Shown: positions 25,161-39,739, counted from the stretch's first letter. The stretch is DNA of 64,000 bases from Sminthopsis crassicaudata (GCF_048593235.1 NC_133617.1:73926937-73990936); one strand, 5' to 3'. Notes: generated by a model not told the origin, from the sequence alone. Program-made: numbers and translations.

Positions 25161-25570
25161 CACCACAAAAAACAACAGTTGGGGGCATTTACTCCATTTA
25201 ATTGGAGGCCCTTGGGAGGGAAGGAGGGAAATTGGCTGTATTTCTTCCTGCTATTCTGCCATCTTGACTCTGTCCCAAAAGTTCAGTAATTTTTTACTAT
25301 ACCACATCAAAGTGGTATAGTGGAGTGGAGATGGACAAATAACTCCAATTGCAAAATTTAGAAGGATAACTTATTAAGCCATGATATAAGCATGATGCCA
25401 ATTTCTGGGGAAATATCAGGAAGTATTATTTAAAAGGTAGTTTATTATTACTTAAAGGGAAGAACTATTTTCTTTCCATGAGTCAGCATGGGTTAATCAA
25501 AAACAAGTCTCATACACGTATGGCTAATATATTGGTAGAACAGGGAAAGATATAGCCCTAGTATATCTGG

Positions 25571-25741
25571 TTCTTTCTTCTTCTTCTTCTTCTTTTTTTT
25601 TTTTTCCTGAGGCAATTGGGGTTAAGTGACTTACCCAGGGTCACACAGCCAGGAAGTGTTAAGCGTCTGAGGCCAGATTTGAACTCAAGTCCTCCTGACT
25701 TCAGGGCTGGTGCTCTATCCACTGCACCAACTAGCTGCCCC
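25571..25741 (-). mobile_element. WSINE1-type SINE with (GAA)n/A tail
   Basis: Full length; approximate TSD atctgg. Confidence 0.92.
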
Positions 25742-26379
25742 ACATCTGGACTTCTATAAGATATGACAAAGTCTCATACAAGAATATTAGCTTCCATTAA
25801 AAACACATTTTGCTTTGAATTAGGGAGGTGAGAGTGATGTAAATTGTGTTCAGTGATATATACCACATTTTAGGAAACACAGAGAGATGATGGATTGTAT
25901 CTCTAGGAGTGTGATCAGGTTGGGTAAGTCTTGAAGACTCCTGTCTTCAAGTCTTGTCAAAGCCATCACAAGGAAGAATATTAGATTCAGGGGGTAGGAT
26001 TAGAAGCAATGAATGGAAGCTAGAGAGAGACATATTTAAGCTTAACATAAAGGTATATTTTTTTGTAATAAGAACAGGCCCAAAAAAGGATGAGATTTTT
26101 CAAGGGGTTGTGGATCACTGGAAGTCTTCAAGTAAAGGCTGAGATCCTGCTAAAGTGATTCCTGTTTAGGTTCAGATTATGCCTTTTGAGATTATGTGAT
26201 GAGAAGAGGAACTTTTGAACAGTTTATTTTGCATGAGAGAGAGGAAGTTTTTTCCCTAGAGAGAGAATTTGGGATGCATGAGGAAAAAGCAGCTTTTTAT
26301 TTTCCATAGAATGAGGAAGACATTCAAATAGCATCAAAGTAAAGGCATTTTCCCCTGTGTAATAATATTAAGATTGAAA

Positions 26380-26565
26380 TAGAGCTTTTAAAGTTTATAA
26401 AGAATTTTATAAAGTCATCTCATTTCCAGCTCCATTATATGTACTACACATTATTCCCATTTTATAAATGAGAATGAAGTTCCAAGAGATTAAGGTATTT
26501 ACCCAAAGTCACATAGCTGGATGTCCAGGGTAGGCCTTAAAATCAGAGAATTCTTGTCCAGTACT
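26380..26565 (-). mobile_element. MIR-type SINE
   Basis: attattcccatttttataaatgag...cccaaagtcacatagct. Confidence 0.65.
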
Positions 26566-26572
26566 CTTCTTT

Positions 26573-27065
26573 GTGTTAGTAGTTCTCAAATTTTTTGGTT
26601 TTAGGACCCTTTACACTCCTAAAAATTACTGAGGATTTCTTTACAAAGTTACTGAGGATTTTGGAGAGCTTTTGCTTATTTGGATTATATCTATCAATAT
26701 TTACTGCATTAGAAATGAAAATGTATTCCTGAAATATTAATTCATTTAAAAAACAATAATACTCCTATTATATATTAGCATAAATAATATTTTTATGCAA
26801 CACAACTTTTCCAAAAGAAAAAATGAGTGAGTTTTTAAAAGTCTGGCTTCACAGAAGCCAGCTACATTCACCTATTTGATTCTGCATTCAATTTGTAGCA
26901 ATATGATGTTTTGGTTAAAGTATGAGAAGAAAGTCTGGCTTCACACAAGTATGTAGTTGGAAAAGCGAGTGTTTTAATAGGCAAATAATGTCTTCATGTT
27001 TTTACAAAAATGGTTTTGACATCATGAACCCCTTCAAAGGGGTTCAAGGACTTTCAGGGTCTGCT
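26573..27065. mobile_element. hAT-Charlie non-autonomous DNA transposon (Charlie1-like)
   Basis: Start agtagttctcaaattttttggttttaggaccctttacactc; internal ttctgcattcaat...gtatgtagttggaaaag. Confidence 0.65.
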
Positions 27066-27639
27066 ACTCTAAGTCTTTCTGTAAATAGGGTATTTGTGGT
27101 TAATGACTTTCTGCCGATAATAAAGAAAAAATAATGCCCACCTAAAGTAAGCAATTAGTAGGGATGTTGGCTTTTAGAGACATGTAACAGGGGCATTCAA
27201 GAAAGCCTTCTGAGAAACTTTTCAGACCTGACAAACCCAACTCAAATGTCTTCTATTTTGTTTTGGTAAGTGACTTGCCCAGGACACACAGTAAGTGTCC
27301 TGACTCAGAGGCCACTGCTCTAAGTCACAATGAAGATACAGAAGAGAACTATAAATCAACCCAAATAAATGAAAAATATTAAGAAAAGTATTTATACAGG
27401 CTAAAAACACTGTGGAATAGTTGGAGAGACAGAAACACTAACATATTTTTGGTAGAGCTGTGAATTAGTCCAACCATTCTGGAACGCAATTTTGAACGAT
27501 GTTCAAAAGGCCATTAAATTGCACATGTCCTTTGTTCAAGCTACTATCACTACTAGGAATATTCCTCAAAGAACTCAAGAGAAAGAAGGAAGTGAGACAA
27601 AGGTACAAAAATAACTGTAACAGTCCTGTTTCCTAAGAA

Positions 27640-28235
27640 AATAATTGGACTAAATTAATCTACTTATCCAGTGCCATATCAAATTATTATTATTTTACAA
27701 CAAAAAATTATTGTATAGAGCTAGAAAAAAATCCTAACAAAATTCATTTGAAAGAACAAAAGGTCAAGAATATCAGGGAACAAATTAAAAAAAAAAGTCA
27801 GTGGAATAGATTAGGTACACAATACACAGTAGAAAATGACCACAGAAATCTAATGTTTGGTGAACACAAAGATCTAAGTGTTTGGGACAAGAACTCACTA
27901 TGTGACAAAACTGCTGGGAAAATTGGAAGGCAATTTGGCAGAAACAAGGTATAGCTAACATCTCACATCATATACCAAGATTAGATTTGTATACCAAAAT
28001 GTATACATGATTTTATATACAAAGGGAGATATCATAAGCAAATGAAGGGAACATGGATATTTTATCTGTCAGTTCTATGGATAAGGGAAGAATATGTGCC
28101 AAAACAAGTGATGGAGAGCATTATGGGAAGTAAAATGGATAATCTTGATTACATTAAATTAAAAAGGTTTTGTGCAAACATATCAAATGCAACCAAAATG
28201 AGAAGGAAAGCAGAAAACAGGGGAGTGAGCATTCA
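27640..28235 (+). mobile_element. L1 ORF2 fragments
   Basis: WNRLGTQ...WDKNSL and KMDNLDYIKLKRFC readings. Confidence 0.8.
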
Positions 28236-28329
28236 TCAAATTAAAGAATAACTTTACAACTTATACTCTACAAATGTAAATGACTTTACATTTCACATTG
28301 CAATTAAAAAAAAAAAAAAAGAATGAGTT

Positions 28330-28644
28330 CACAGAAAGATTTATATGCAGAATGAAGTGAGAAAAACCAGAAGAAAAATTTATTTAACAACCAGAACACT
28401 GTGAAAACAATTGTGAAAGGCCCAAGAACTGACCAATGCACAACTGACAAGCCTTAAAATGAAGCTCTCCACTTTTGGGGCAAGAGGCAATAGACCATAG
28501 GTACAGGTATGACATAAACATTTCTTGAAACAAGCATTATTACACAAATACATTTTGTGTGACTCTTCCTTTGTTATAAGGAGGGCTTTTATGGGAGTGA
28601 TGGTGGTGGAATGAAGAGAGATGAGGGTATAGTGAAAGTGATGC

Positions 28645-28689
<45 letters not shown>

Positions 28690-31287
28690 GACAAGAGAAG
28701 AAAGAAAAGCATTGTAGATAGGACACTAGAGAGTTTTCCGGGGGGGAAAGAGACAAACAAGGAAATATTAGTACTATTAAAAGAAATAAGCTGTATGTAA
28801 CAGATTTGCAACTTCACATTCATTACAAATGTTTGTGTCTGATGATTAAAGCTAATGTACTAGAAATGATGATGCAAGTGGAAAAGGAAAAAGAAATGTC
28901 TTCGAATGATAAATGATGCAAGAATTGATGCTTCTAAGTAATTCACAAGACCAAATTAAAAAATCTTTAAGTAAAAAATAAATCCTTGAAGAACTTGAGC
29001 TAGAGATAAAAAATGGAAAGAAAATAATGAATTAAGTCATCAATATGGAGAATATAGTACTACCTTAGCACAGAAATAACCAATAACAGACTTAATGAAT
29101 TACAGCTAATAACAAATGCAGTGGAAATAAAGATTCAGAAAACATTTGAATTATCCAAACAGTGGGAAAACATACAGATTCAAAAGACTGCCATAGAGAT
29201 TATGTAAAGATGCAGTAATTTGAAGAATACTGATGTCCTAGAAAATTTAGAAAAATAAAACTATAAATCCAGTATTCCACAAGTTCTTTGTGGAAATATA
29301 GGAAAAAAGATAAATACAAATAAAGAATCCACAAAAATTCAACTGAAAAAGGTTCAGGATTCAACACATTTATAATTAGACCCTTATAAGAAAAAAATTT
29401 TCCAGGATGCCAGAAACATAAAAAATTACTTAACCAAGTTGGTTCATAGGAGACTTTTCAATAAGTACAAGGAAATGCAATAGAAATGGGATTATGATAC
29501 ACACAGAATCTAGTTACAGGGACATAAACCATATCCCCAAGAAAATTTTATATGAAGTATCAAGTCTGCTGTATTAAGGTCAAGAGACAGACATATGAGA
29601 AATATTTTTATTTTGAAGAAGTTACAGAAAGGCATATAAACTTCAAGAAAACCTTGAAGCAAAAGTTGTTTTCAAATAAAACAGGATGAACATTTAAAAC
29701 TAATTTATACTTTTTTAATCATGACAAACTAGTTGCTACCAAAATGTGAGGGGTACAGAATATATTGCAGTACTTAAACTACAAAATATTTCAGAACACA
29801 AAAAGAGTGGAAAAGTAGGAGAAACATGAAGGAAAAAGGGAACAAAAAGAAGTTCATATTAAAGATATTAATTAACAGAGTTATTAGCATAAGCAGAGTA
29901 ACTTTGATTAGACTGATTAACAACTAAAAAAGCTAAGCGTAAACAGACTAAATAACAAACAAAAAACAGGAAAAAAAGAAACTATATTTGATCTGACAGT
30001 GGTGGGGAGAAAAATTATAGATGGATGAAATTATTAAAGACAAAATTATGGCTTTGATAATACAATTTAGAAATTTAAAAATATTTTTGTGCAAGGAAAA
30101 CTGGTAAAGTTAACTTGTGAAACACAATCTTTCAGATAAAATTTTAAGGGAAACATATAATATTATTAGGATGAAATAGAGACTTGTTCCTTAGATGAAT
30201 GTAAGGAGAAGACCTGTTTAAAGAGAGAGAAATGACTATAGGAATGATCTCTGTAGGAAAATGTAATCAGACAGTTTACTTATATGTGATTTGGAGTTCT
30301 TAAGTTTATAACAGAGAAATATTAACTCAAATATCGTTTAGACACTCTGAAAGAAAAGCACTTTTACCTCAAGGTAAATTTAGCACAGTCACTGACTACT
30401 AGGAGGTTCCCTGAGAACTGTCAGGGAATTGATTTAGAAGAAATCAGAGAAGCAATAGAGAAAGCTGAGAGCAGGAGGACCAGAAGGACCAGTATGGAAG
30501 CATAGAAAGCTGTGAGATGACATAGCTAATTCTTAGGCTGACTTACAGGGAGCTAGCTGGGACTTGTTACTGTCTACCACCATTTACAGCCTAAGAATTG
30601 GGACATCTGGGCTGCCTGGTGGCCCCCTACTGCCCTTTCCAGTTTGAGAGGAAGAAATGAGGAAAGAAAGGCTTTACATCTGTTTTCTGTGAACATATGA
30701 TGATTGCTTTTGTATGATCATCTGGCAAAATATTTTAGGTTTAAGAGATACCATTTCCAAACTCCACAAACTAAACTGCTGGTGTGGATGAGTCTGCCTA
30801 AACCTATGCTACACAAAGATAAAAAGATTTATGACAACAAACAACAAGGCCTCTAAAATTAGAAGAAAGAAAATGATTCAGAAAAACATTTGTAATAAAT
30901 GTTAGAAAGGCCCGATATTCAGAAGCTGTTTAAAAAAAACAAAAAACCTATCTATAATATCATGACCTATATAAGATCCTACCTGTGAATCTCTAATTCC
31001 CTATGGATCAATGGTCCAAGAACATGTACAGATGATTTTCAAAGAAGGAAATATGAAATGTTAATGACCACATGAAAAAATAATCAATTACCCTAATAAT
31101 CGATCTTAATATACTTTTGACTCACTAAAATGGCAACAACAACAACAACAAAACAGGAAGATGTAATATTGGCAGAAACTCATAGTTGGTGGGATTATAA
31201 ATTATTATAAACATTTTATAAAAACAATCTGACAATGTACAAAAGTCACAAAATTAGTCATATTTTCTGACCTACCAATTCAATGCC

Positions 31288-31318
<31 letters not shown>

Positions 31319-31800
31319 TTTTGGAGAAAAAAAGTGCTTATCTATGTAAAAATATTAGCTCATTATATTTATTTACAATAGTGGGAAATGAAAAACTTAG
31401 ATATACATGGAAAATGGCTCAAAAAATTATAGTACACTACTGTATTATTAGAAGAAACATGGCATAATGGATAGAAGGCTGGCCTTGGGAATTGGGAAAA
31501 CTTAAGTCTTGAGCCTGAACAATACTGGCTGTAGCTATGAGCAAAGCATATAACTTCTAGGTTTATAAAGCAATTTTCTAGGACTTAAAAAGTTACAGAT
31601 AAATTGCCAATCTTTATTAATGGAAAATTTCTGCATTGAATTTCTCCGATATGCCCAAAGTCCCAAACCTTTCAGAACAATACTGTAAAATGCTGTAAAA
31701 AAGGATGAATATAAATAAGAGAAAATGTGGAAAGATATGTTAAGTAATGTAAAGCAAGGACAGAAGTCATAACTCTATACAGTGACTACAACTCTATATT
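28330..31800 (+). mobile_element. Heavily decayed L1 fragments with poly-A runs (28646-28688, 31287-31312)
   Basis: A-rich, L1 ORF2/3'-like text. Confidence 0.5.
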
Positions 31801-32149
31801 TAAAAAAAGAAAGAAAAAAAGCCTCCATTAGTAGAACTTCAGTTTTAGAAAGGAGAATAGTACAAAAGAATATTTGGCTGTCTAAATGTAATTTTCCTAA
31901 CAGCTTTAGGAAAGAGCCCTTATTTTATGTTTATTTTTCCTGTTAGTTATTAAATTTATAATAATTTTAAAATTAAAAAATGAGTCTGAATAAAACTATC
32001 CAGATATAACTTAAGTCAGAAACTGTAGGGTATAACAGATATAATTAAGGGAAAAGAATTTCAGGGGAGGTGTCCAAAACTCCAGAGGATTGAAAAAGGA
32101 AGAGGCATAAAAATGGGACTAGTAGTTAAAGGTGATCACATACCAACGA

Positions 32150-32900
32150 TCACAGGATGGGGAATGGACAAAGTGATTTAGACTGTGATGTAAATAGGCA
32201 AATATGATCTCATAGGTATCTCCTGAAACTTGATGGGGTGTGACTCATGACTTGAATATAACAATGGATGGGAACAATATGTTCAGAAGAGTAAAGCAGA
32301 TAGAAGGCTGGCTGAATCAGAAAGATGCCCAGCTGTGTGAAAACCCCTCTGGGGAGGTGGTGAAGATCATGTGGATAAAGAAAAAGGCAATACAACCATG
32401 GAAGAACACAGAGAAAAAAAAAAAAGGATGACAAATTTCTAGTGGAGATCACAGAGCTGGCACAAAGAAGAGAATTTCTTTGAGTCAGCTGCTTTCTGAA
32501 GGTCTCTATCAGGGCTGAAGCCCTTCCATAGCTGTACCCTAGAGGTTACAGAACATATTAGTTGAGCAGAAGCACAGAAGGACAGTGATGGACATGATGT
32601 CCCACGGGGGTTACAGATATTCTACACAAATGAAAAGATGGAAGTAACATAGATCACTGAAAACATATAAAAGAAGAAACAGAGTTCTATAAGAACAAGT
32701 TCTATGAACTGGGACCAATAGTGTTAGAGGGAGAAACTTCCTAGCACAATACAACTAGAGAGACCTACAAATGGAAGGGGCTACCTGAGTAGATAAGTGA
32801 GTTCCCTGTCCCTGGAGGTCTTCAAAGTAAAGGTGATTACCTGTGAATAATGTTGTAGAGCAGCAAATCCAATTTTAGGTATGACTAGACTTTTACTCCT
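32150..32900 (+). mobile_element. L3/CR1 remnant including the endonuclease motif
   Basis: KYDLIGISET*WGVTHDLNITMDG matches CR1 APE YDLIGITETWWD..HDWN; 3' tail tccctgtccctggaggtcttcaa. Confidence 0.6.
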
Positions 32901-33125
32901 GGTTTTATGAGGCTGAGGGGAATGAAACTGGAAAGCAAAATGTGGGAAATGGGGAATGACAGAAACCTGGGAGCAGACTATATGGTTCTTCTCATCTTTG
33001 GATGAGAATCAGGGGTAAGGTACCTGGACAGAATAGCTATTGGACAATCAAGTTCCTGAGATAGGTAGGAAATGAGGGGTCACTGGGCACCCAGAAATTA
33101 TGGAATCTCTGGTAGAAAGGCTCAC

Positions 33126-33158
33126 CTGGGACCAGGCTGGCAGGAGCTCAGCTGCCAT
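33126..33158 (-). CDS. Gene A start-codon exon, coding part MAAELLPAWSQ (exon 33126-33199)
   Basis: Acceptor ctgccctccAG at 33199, ATG at 33158, phase-0 donor CAG|GTGAGC. The four exons total 1530 nt = 509 aa + stop. Confidence 0.85.
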
Positions 33159-33499
33159 TACCTGGTCTCCCGGGGTCCCCTCAGAAGATGTGCAGGAACC
33201 TGGAGGGCAGGCAGAGCTGGGGGGGGAAAAAAGCAGTCATGATTGAGAAAGGCCTGCCCAGAATTCCCCTGATATCGCATGCCAGGATTCCACCACCCTC
33301 CCAACCAGAATTTCTGGGGAGTCACAGGGCCATTTAGGTCAAGCTGGTATCAAGTAATCATGAATGCCAACTCTGTGTGTGACAGATTATGCTTTTTATA
33401 ACTGAGTATTACTTTTTTGTGGAAGGTACCCAGATGCATGTGGAATTATAATACACCATCAGGACTAGAGTGAACATTTCAGGTTTCACAATCACTCAA

Positions 33500-33920
33500 C
33501 AGAATTGATTAAGAGCTAATTGTGTTCCACTGTGCTAAGCACTGGGGATACAAGACAACATGAAAATAACAATGTGCCAATATATAAGGCAATTTCAGAG
33601 GGAGTTCTGAGGGAGACTGGGAAGTCTCCTGCGGAAGGTGGGAATTGAGCTGAGTTTTGCAGGAAACTAGGTCAAGAGGGAGAAAATTCCAGACAGTAGG
33701 TATAATCAGTCTTTAAAGAGGTTGATGGAATGTCACATTTGAGGATTAGCAAGATGACCAGTGTAGCTAGATCACAGCAATTATAGAGAGAAATAAAGTA
33801 TAAGGTATAAGAAGACCAAAAAGAAAGAGAAATTCCAGGTTGTAAAAGGACTTTATAAGCCAAGCAGAGGACTTTCTATTTAATCCTGGAGCCACTGGAA
33901 TTTAGTGAGTAAGGAGGCAA
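33500..33920 (-). mobile_element. L2 fragment
   Basis: ctgtgctaagcactggggatacaa. Confidence 0.7.
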
Positions 33921-35002
33921 TGATCAAAGAGGTAAGGAGGGGGAAGGGTAGGCACAAAATAGGGGTCTTAAATGTCATGCCAAAGAGACTTAATTCTTCG
34001 GGTCAATGGTTCTCAGACATTTTACAGTAGTAGAACTCTTCCTTTTAAACACAATGGCAATCTTGCAGGATAATCTTTTAAAATGATTTTAAAATGGACT
34101 ATACTAATGGAATTAAATAAAATAAGAATGATTTGAAGCAGAACATAAGATTTTGGAGCCTGGGTGGAGAGGGAAAGAGCAGAGCAGCCATCTAGGTCAG
34201 AGGTAAAATCAGGATGGATCTCAATGGAAGCTTTTTTGAGAAGAATTTGCCCTAAATTTAAAGATAGTATAAAAACGAGAGAAAAAATGTGGGCTGCCCA
34301 ATGGAAGAAGAGACAAGAATGCTGCACTAACATCCTGATTATTCACAGGAGCCCAAAAGAAATGTATCAGATTTCCATTGTACTTTGCCTTCTCTATGTC
34401 TAGTTTAGTTGAATCAACTTACCTACCATTCACAAAAAGCCAATTTCTGGAGAGAGGTTAAGAGTATTCTATTCATTCAGATTGGAGAACCAGGAATAAG
34501 CAGCTTCACAGAAACTAGAGGAAATTCTACTTGCTCCAGAAAACTTTCCTTGATTTTTTGCTACATTTCTCATCAAACTCTACATTATATTTTGCTTTGT
34601 ACATCTCTAATGCATAAAGTATATAAGATTGTATATTATGGCTCTACACTTTTATTTGAAAACAAAGTAGCTTCTTGAGGACAATGCCCAAGTCTTATCC
34701 AAATTGTGTCTCTTTCAGCACCTAGCAGTGCTCTATATAACTGTATACTCTATATACAATTTACTCTGACAGTTTCATATCATTGTTCTCTAAATTAGAC
34801 TGTTTATTGCTTCCTGATCTTAGTCTGTCTTTCTGGCCTTTATACATTTACACATGTCATCAATCACAGCATGCCTGGAATATTCTCTGTCCAATGAAAC
34901 CTGGCTCAGATGATATCTCATCATGGAATCTTCCCTTATTGTTCCATTAAGAACTGCTCCTTCTCTCTTTGGATTTCTCATGACTATTAGATATTACTTT
35001 AA

Positions 35003-35160
35003 GCCAGAAGTGTTAAACTCTTAACCATTTTAAGGCAGGCTCAGACTACACTAAAATATAATTAGGAAAATAAAAATAAATATTGAAAAACCCCCAAAAA
35101 AGTGAATTTGAGGTCTTGCAAGTCAATATAATCTATTTTTATTTAAGTTTGCCATCACTG
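35003..35160. mobile_element. hAT-type MITE remnant
   Basis: cagaagtgttaaactc...gtttgccatcactg; similar to 38815-38985. Confidence 0.45.
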
Positions 35161-37544
35161 CTATAAGATATATATATTTTTTTATATATCTTCCTTCCTA
35201 CTTGACTGTAAACTTCTTTAGAGAAGGCATCGAGAGTTCTCTCTTTATGTCATTTGGCCTACCATGATATTCCATAAAAGATGTTTAATAATATTTATTG
35301 AGTTGGACTTGTCCCTGATAAAAAAAAATCTTGAGCCAATAATATACCAAGAAGTCCCATGAATTAATAATCAAGAAAACTTTAAGTTAAATTAGAGAGA
35401 TATGGGAATATTTTTTTATAAAATAAAGCAAGAACAGATAAAAATTCTTTCAAGGTCAGCATAGGCAAAAACAGAGGGAAAAAAGGATGTTACACATTTT
35501 TATTACTAATTTATGATGCAATGACTTCATATCTTAAAGTTTAGTAAAGTCACTTAAGTTGCTTATATTCCTGCCTCTAGCTCATATGACTGAAGCTACA
35601 TCTATAGAAGTAACTTACTAAATATACTATTTTCTGATAAAAAAAGAACTCTGTAACTTCCCAGGGAATCTACAACTCCCTCAGCCTTATAGGTCCTGTG
35701 CTTTTTGCCCTTACTTAGAAGGAGATAGCCAGGAAAGGAAAAGGCAGCTGGAGATCCTTGTCTAGGGTTTCTATCTTCAAAAGCTTACCAGGTAGAAACT
35801 TGTTTAGGAAGTACTCATGGATCAACAAAGAAGTTAAATTCATTTAAGTGAGGAAAAGAGCCTAAAACAAGTTAAAAATTTAAAGATTGAGACATTATAG
35901 TTAGTAAGTAACAGTATAGTTAGTAAGATTTAAGGGTTGTTGCCAAAGGAACAGTTTGCATCAAAAGATGAAATCTTAGTGGCCAACTCTCTAAGGAGAA
36001 GGAAAAGACTGCAAAAGGTTTTTCTTCTGTATCTGAGGCAGGTAGGAGAGAGTCAATGTAAACAGAATGACAAGTCAATTCAGCAGGGATAAAAAGCAAC
36101 TTGCTATATACAGATCCAAATGGTTTGGATCTTTTAATTTCTAGTCTTCTACTACTAGGTGACCTAGTATTATGTAGTTCTAAGAAAATGTCTTCAAAGT
36201 GACAAGATCACTTTCCTAAATCTATCATAATAAATGATATGAAAAAATGGATTCCTAAATGTACTGCAGGTAAGTAAAAACAAAATTCTATGGAAACAGC
36301 ATAAGATGAGAGTAATCCAGAAAGGGACAGAAAAATGTTTATTTGTACTTTGCAAATTTTAAAGTGCTATATAATTGCTAGCTTTTATTAGCTATTAATT
36401 CAAGAGGGATTTATAGCCCATGCCTGCTATATGTGAGGTTTTATATTAAACATAAGAAGGGGACAACAGCAGTTTAGGAAGAACCTAAATTTCACTGGTA
36501 TCAGGTACACAAGGATAAAAAGAAATAAACATGACCTTTCTTCAGGAAGTTTATATTCTACTGGGCAAAGGGAGGTGAAATGTTAATGTGCCACTGAAAT
36601 CTACCATCATCATATCACATCTGGAGTACTGTGCTCCATTTGAGGCATAACATTTATGAAGCATATTGATTCCTTTATTCGACAAATATTTATAAAACTG
36701 GAGAATATCCCAAGAAGGATTATCAGGATTGTGGAATGCAGAATAGTAGTAAAATGTGTTTTGTTTGACCTCGGGGACAAGGGTAGAGTGGGGGTAGGAC
36801 AAGAAGCAAAGAAGAATTGCTGAAAAGCAACTTTCAGCTTGATGGAGGAAGAAGTTCCTAGTAATTAGAATTCTTCAAAAGTGCAATGGGCTGCCTGACA
36901 AAGGGTGATTATCACTTGTCATGTATGTTGTAAAAGATTCCTATTTAAGTGTGAGTTGGACAAGATGCCTTGGAGTACCTTTCCAAGTTTTACTCTATGA
37001 ATACTAGATTCAGCAACATTAACTCCTGGATTCTACTTAGTTCCAAACAGTCTCTGGATGTTAAAACATTAAGTTCTATGGATTCTATAAGAGGGTTTGA
37101 ATAAGCAATAGCTTCCACTCTGTGGGGAATTATAAGTTATATTCTTTCCCAAAAACTACTGGCCCACTATTGTTGCCTCTCTAATCAGAGGAGGTAGAAA
37201 GGGCCAAACAAATAGCAGATGCTCAGAAAATGAATGTTCAAGAAAAGTTCTCATTCACTTACCTTTCTGGATGTCTTTCCTCTCAGGTCCATGCATGATT
37301 ACATCAGGTATAGTTAGACATTGGACATCGGGCTTGTGGAAAAGGAACTGGGGGCCTGATGGTTTGTGCTTAGGATATAATTATTGTTCTGAACTCAATC
37401 TTAACCTTTGCAGGAGGCAAATTGGAAGAGAACAATGTGCAGAGAAGCTTTGATTTCAGAAAGCCCAAGAAAATCCTACATGTAGTCCAGAAAGGGCCTC
37501 ACAGTTTTGTTCTCTAGAAGAATAGCATCAGTTAATTGATGATT

Positions 37545-38000
37545 TTGGATAACATAGAGAAAGGAGAAGCACCTATGTGTATAAAAAAATTTACAGCAGC
37601 TCTTTCTATGGTGTCAAAGAATTAGAAAACAAGAGTATTGCTTATCAACTGGGGAATGGATGCACATGCTGTGGCACATGATTGTGATGTAATACTACTA
37701 TGCTATAAGAAACAGTAGTTTCAGAAAAAACATGGCAAGATCTATGTGAATTGATGCAAAATAAAATGAGAAGAACCAGATCACTGCATAGCAAGAGCAA
37801 TATTGAAATGATGATCAACTGCAAAAAACTTGGCTGCTCTGATCAGTACAATGATCCAAGACAATCTGAAAAAAACACAAAATTAAAATATACTATTCAC
37901 CTCTAGAGAGAATTGATGAACTGAGTGCAAATCAATGCATATATTTTTCTTGCATTTTAAAAAAGAAATATGGAATTTTTTTTGTCTAATTTCAGAGGTA
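37545..38000 (+). mobile_element. L1 3' end
   Basis: tttcagaaaaaacatggcaagatctatgtgaattgatgcaaa. Confidence 0.75.
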
Positions 38001-38084
38001 TAACTGTTATCAAACTGTTTGCTTTTATGGTCTCTTCAGATGGAGTATTACAAGGCTCTTTAAGCTAGGGAAGTATCCTTAGTA

Positions 38085-38635
38085 GAAGTTTTTTTTCCCT
38101 CACTCCCTTGTTCATCTCTTTATTATCTTTTAACTGAATGACTATAATATCATTCTATTTGATGTCCTGGTCTGAAATGTTTCCTCTTTCCCAATCTGAC
38201 TTCCAGACAGCTGTCAAAGTATTTTTCCCTAAATCCCAGATTACTCTATTTGATAATCTTCACAGACTTGCTATGACTTCTGGGATCAAATACAAACTCC
38301 TCTGTTTGGGATTTAAAGTCCTTTGAAACTTTTTTCTCACTTACCTTTCCACTCTAATTACACGTAATTACTTTCTTTTGTGAATTCTGGAGTTTAGCCA
38401 ACTTGGCTTTGCTATTACTTACACAGAACACTGTTCTGCCTATTCTGTCTCCAGGACTTTGCACAGGCTATCCTCATGACTAAAATGAATTCCTGTCATC
38501 ACCTTCATCTCTTGCATTATCTAGTTTCTTTCAAAGTTCAGCTCGAGGGGCACCTTCTATATCTTGTCTTTTCTAATTCTTCCTTTCTAGTACATCTCTC
38601 TCCCACCAATTATCTTGTTTTTATTTTGTATATAT
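38085..38635 (+). mobile_element. L2 fragment
   Basis: ccagacagctgtcaaagtatttttccc...aaatacaaactcctctgtttgg. Confidence 0.7.
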
Positions 38636-38814
38636 TTAGGATCATACATTGAGAGGTGGAAGAGGACTTTGGGGTTGCTGTGTCAAACCCTCTCCCTCAT
38701 ACAATTAAAGAAACAGATCCAGAAAGGCTAAGTGACTTGCTAAGGATCATACAACCTATAAGTGTCTTTAGTGTCTTCGGTTGGACCTGAATTGAGAACT
38801 TGATTGAGTCTAAC

Positions 38815-38985
38815 CACTGTCAGAAGAGTCAAATTACAGTGCAATAGGATAAAAATATAATTGGGAAATGTTTACCAGAATAAATAAAATTACAATAAAA
38901 CATAGTAATGTTATTTGTGGTTTTCTAACACAATACGCTGTGGGTAGGCATTTGTTTCTATGTGAGTTTAAAACCACTGCACTAT
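38815..38985. mobile_element. hAT-type MITE remnant
   Basis: tataattgggaaatgttt...gagtttaaaaccactg. Confidence 0.45.
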
Positions 38986-39739
38986 AACATGTTTCTATGC
39001 AGACCTAACCATGTGATGACTCATTCTGAACCTACCCAGGCATGTCTGCCACAAGGGAGGTAGCTAAAGTCTTTCATGCTTGAACCTGCCAAAGCTGTGA
39101 CCTCACTAGAACCCTTGGTCATATCCATGAAATGACAGGGTGTCAAAATAGAGCTTTAGTGGAAAACTCAATAAATCCTAGTGGGAAAATTGGATAACAG
39201 AGTAGAAAAAGTGAATTTAGTTTCCAGCTCACATCAGATCATAGGTGGGTAGTGGAGAAAGTACTAAATTAAGAATCAGGAGTCCTGAGTTCAAATATTG
39301 CCTTAGATCCACATCTGTGTGTCACTTAACCTCTATTTTTCTCAGTTTTCTTAACTGTAAAAGAAAGGGGATAATATGCAAAGTACTTTGCAAATCTTAA
39401 AGTGTTATATAGAAAGCATCACATAAAATGCTATATAAATGTGTTTCTATTTGAAAGTCACTTAACCTCCACCGGCCTCAGTTTCCCCAAATGTAAAAAG
39501 GATGAAGATAACACAAGCAGAATTTATACTAGATTGCCTTATGAAGTAATATAACAATGACTTACTAGCCGAAGTCACTTAATTCACTGCTTCGGTTTCC
39601 TCAACCATAAAATTACATAAAAATGTAATTGTGATTACAAATAAAGTCTCTGCTATGTAAATACTAGCTATAACTAAATGGGAAAAAGTTAGAAGTAAAA
39701 AAAATAACCCCAACTACAGAGAAAATCTATTGAACAAGA

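Noticed and set aside
30252-30810. Possible solo LTR inside the L1 debris
   Set aside because: TG start and LTR-like composition, but no TSD or second copy to support a call.
34164-34403. 79-aa ORF MERERAEQ...
   Set aside because: No recognisable homology or splice context.
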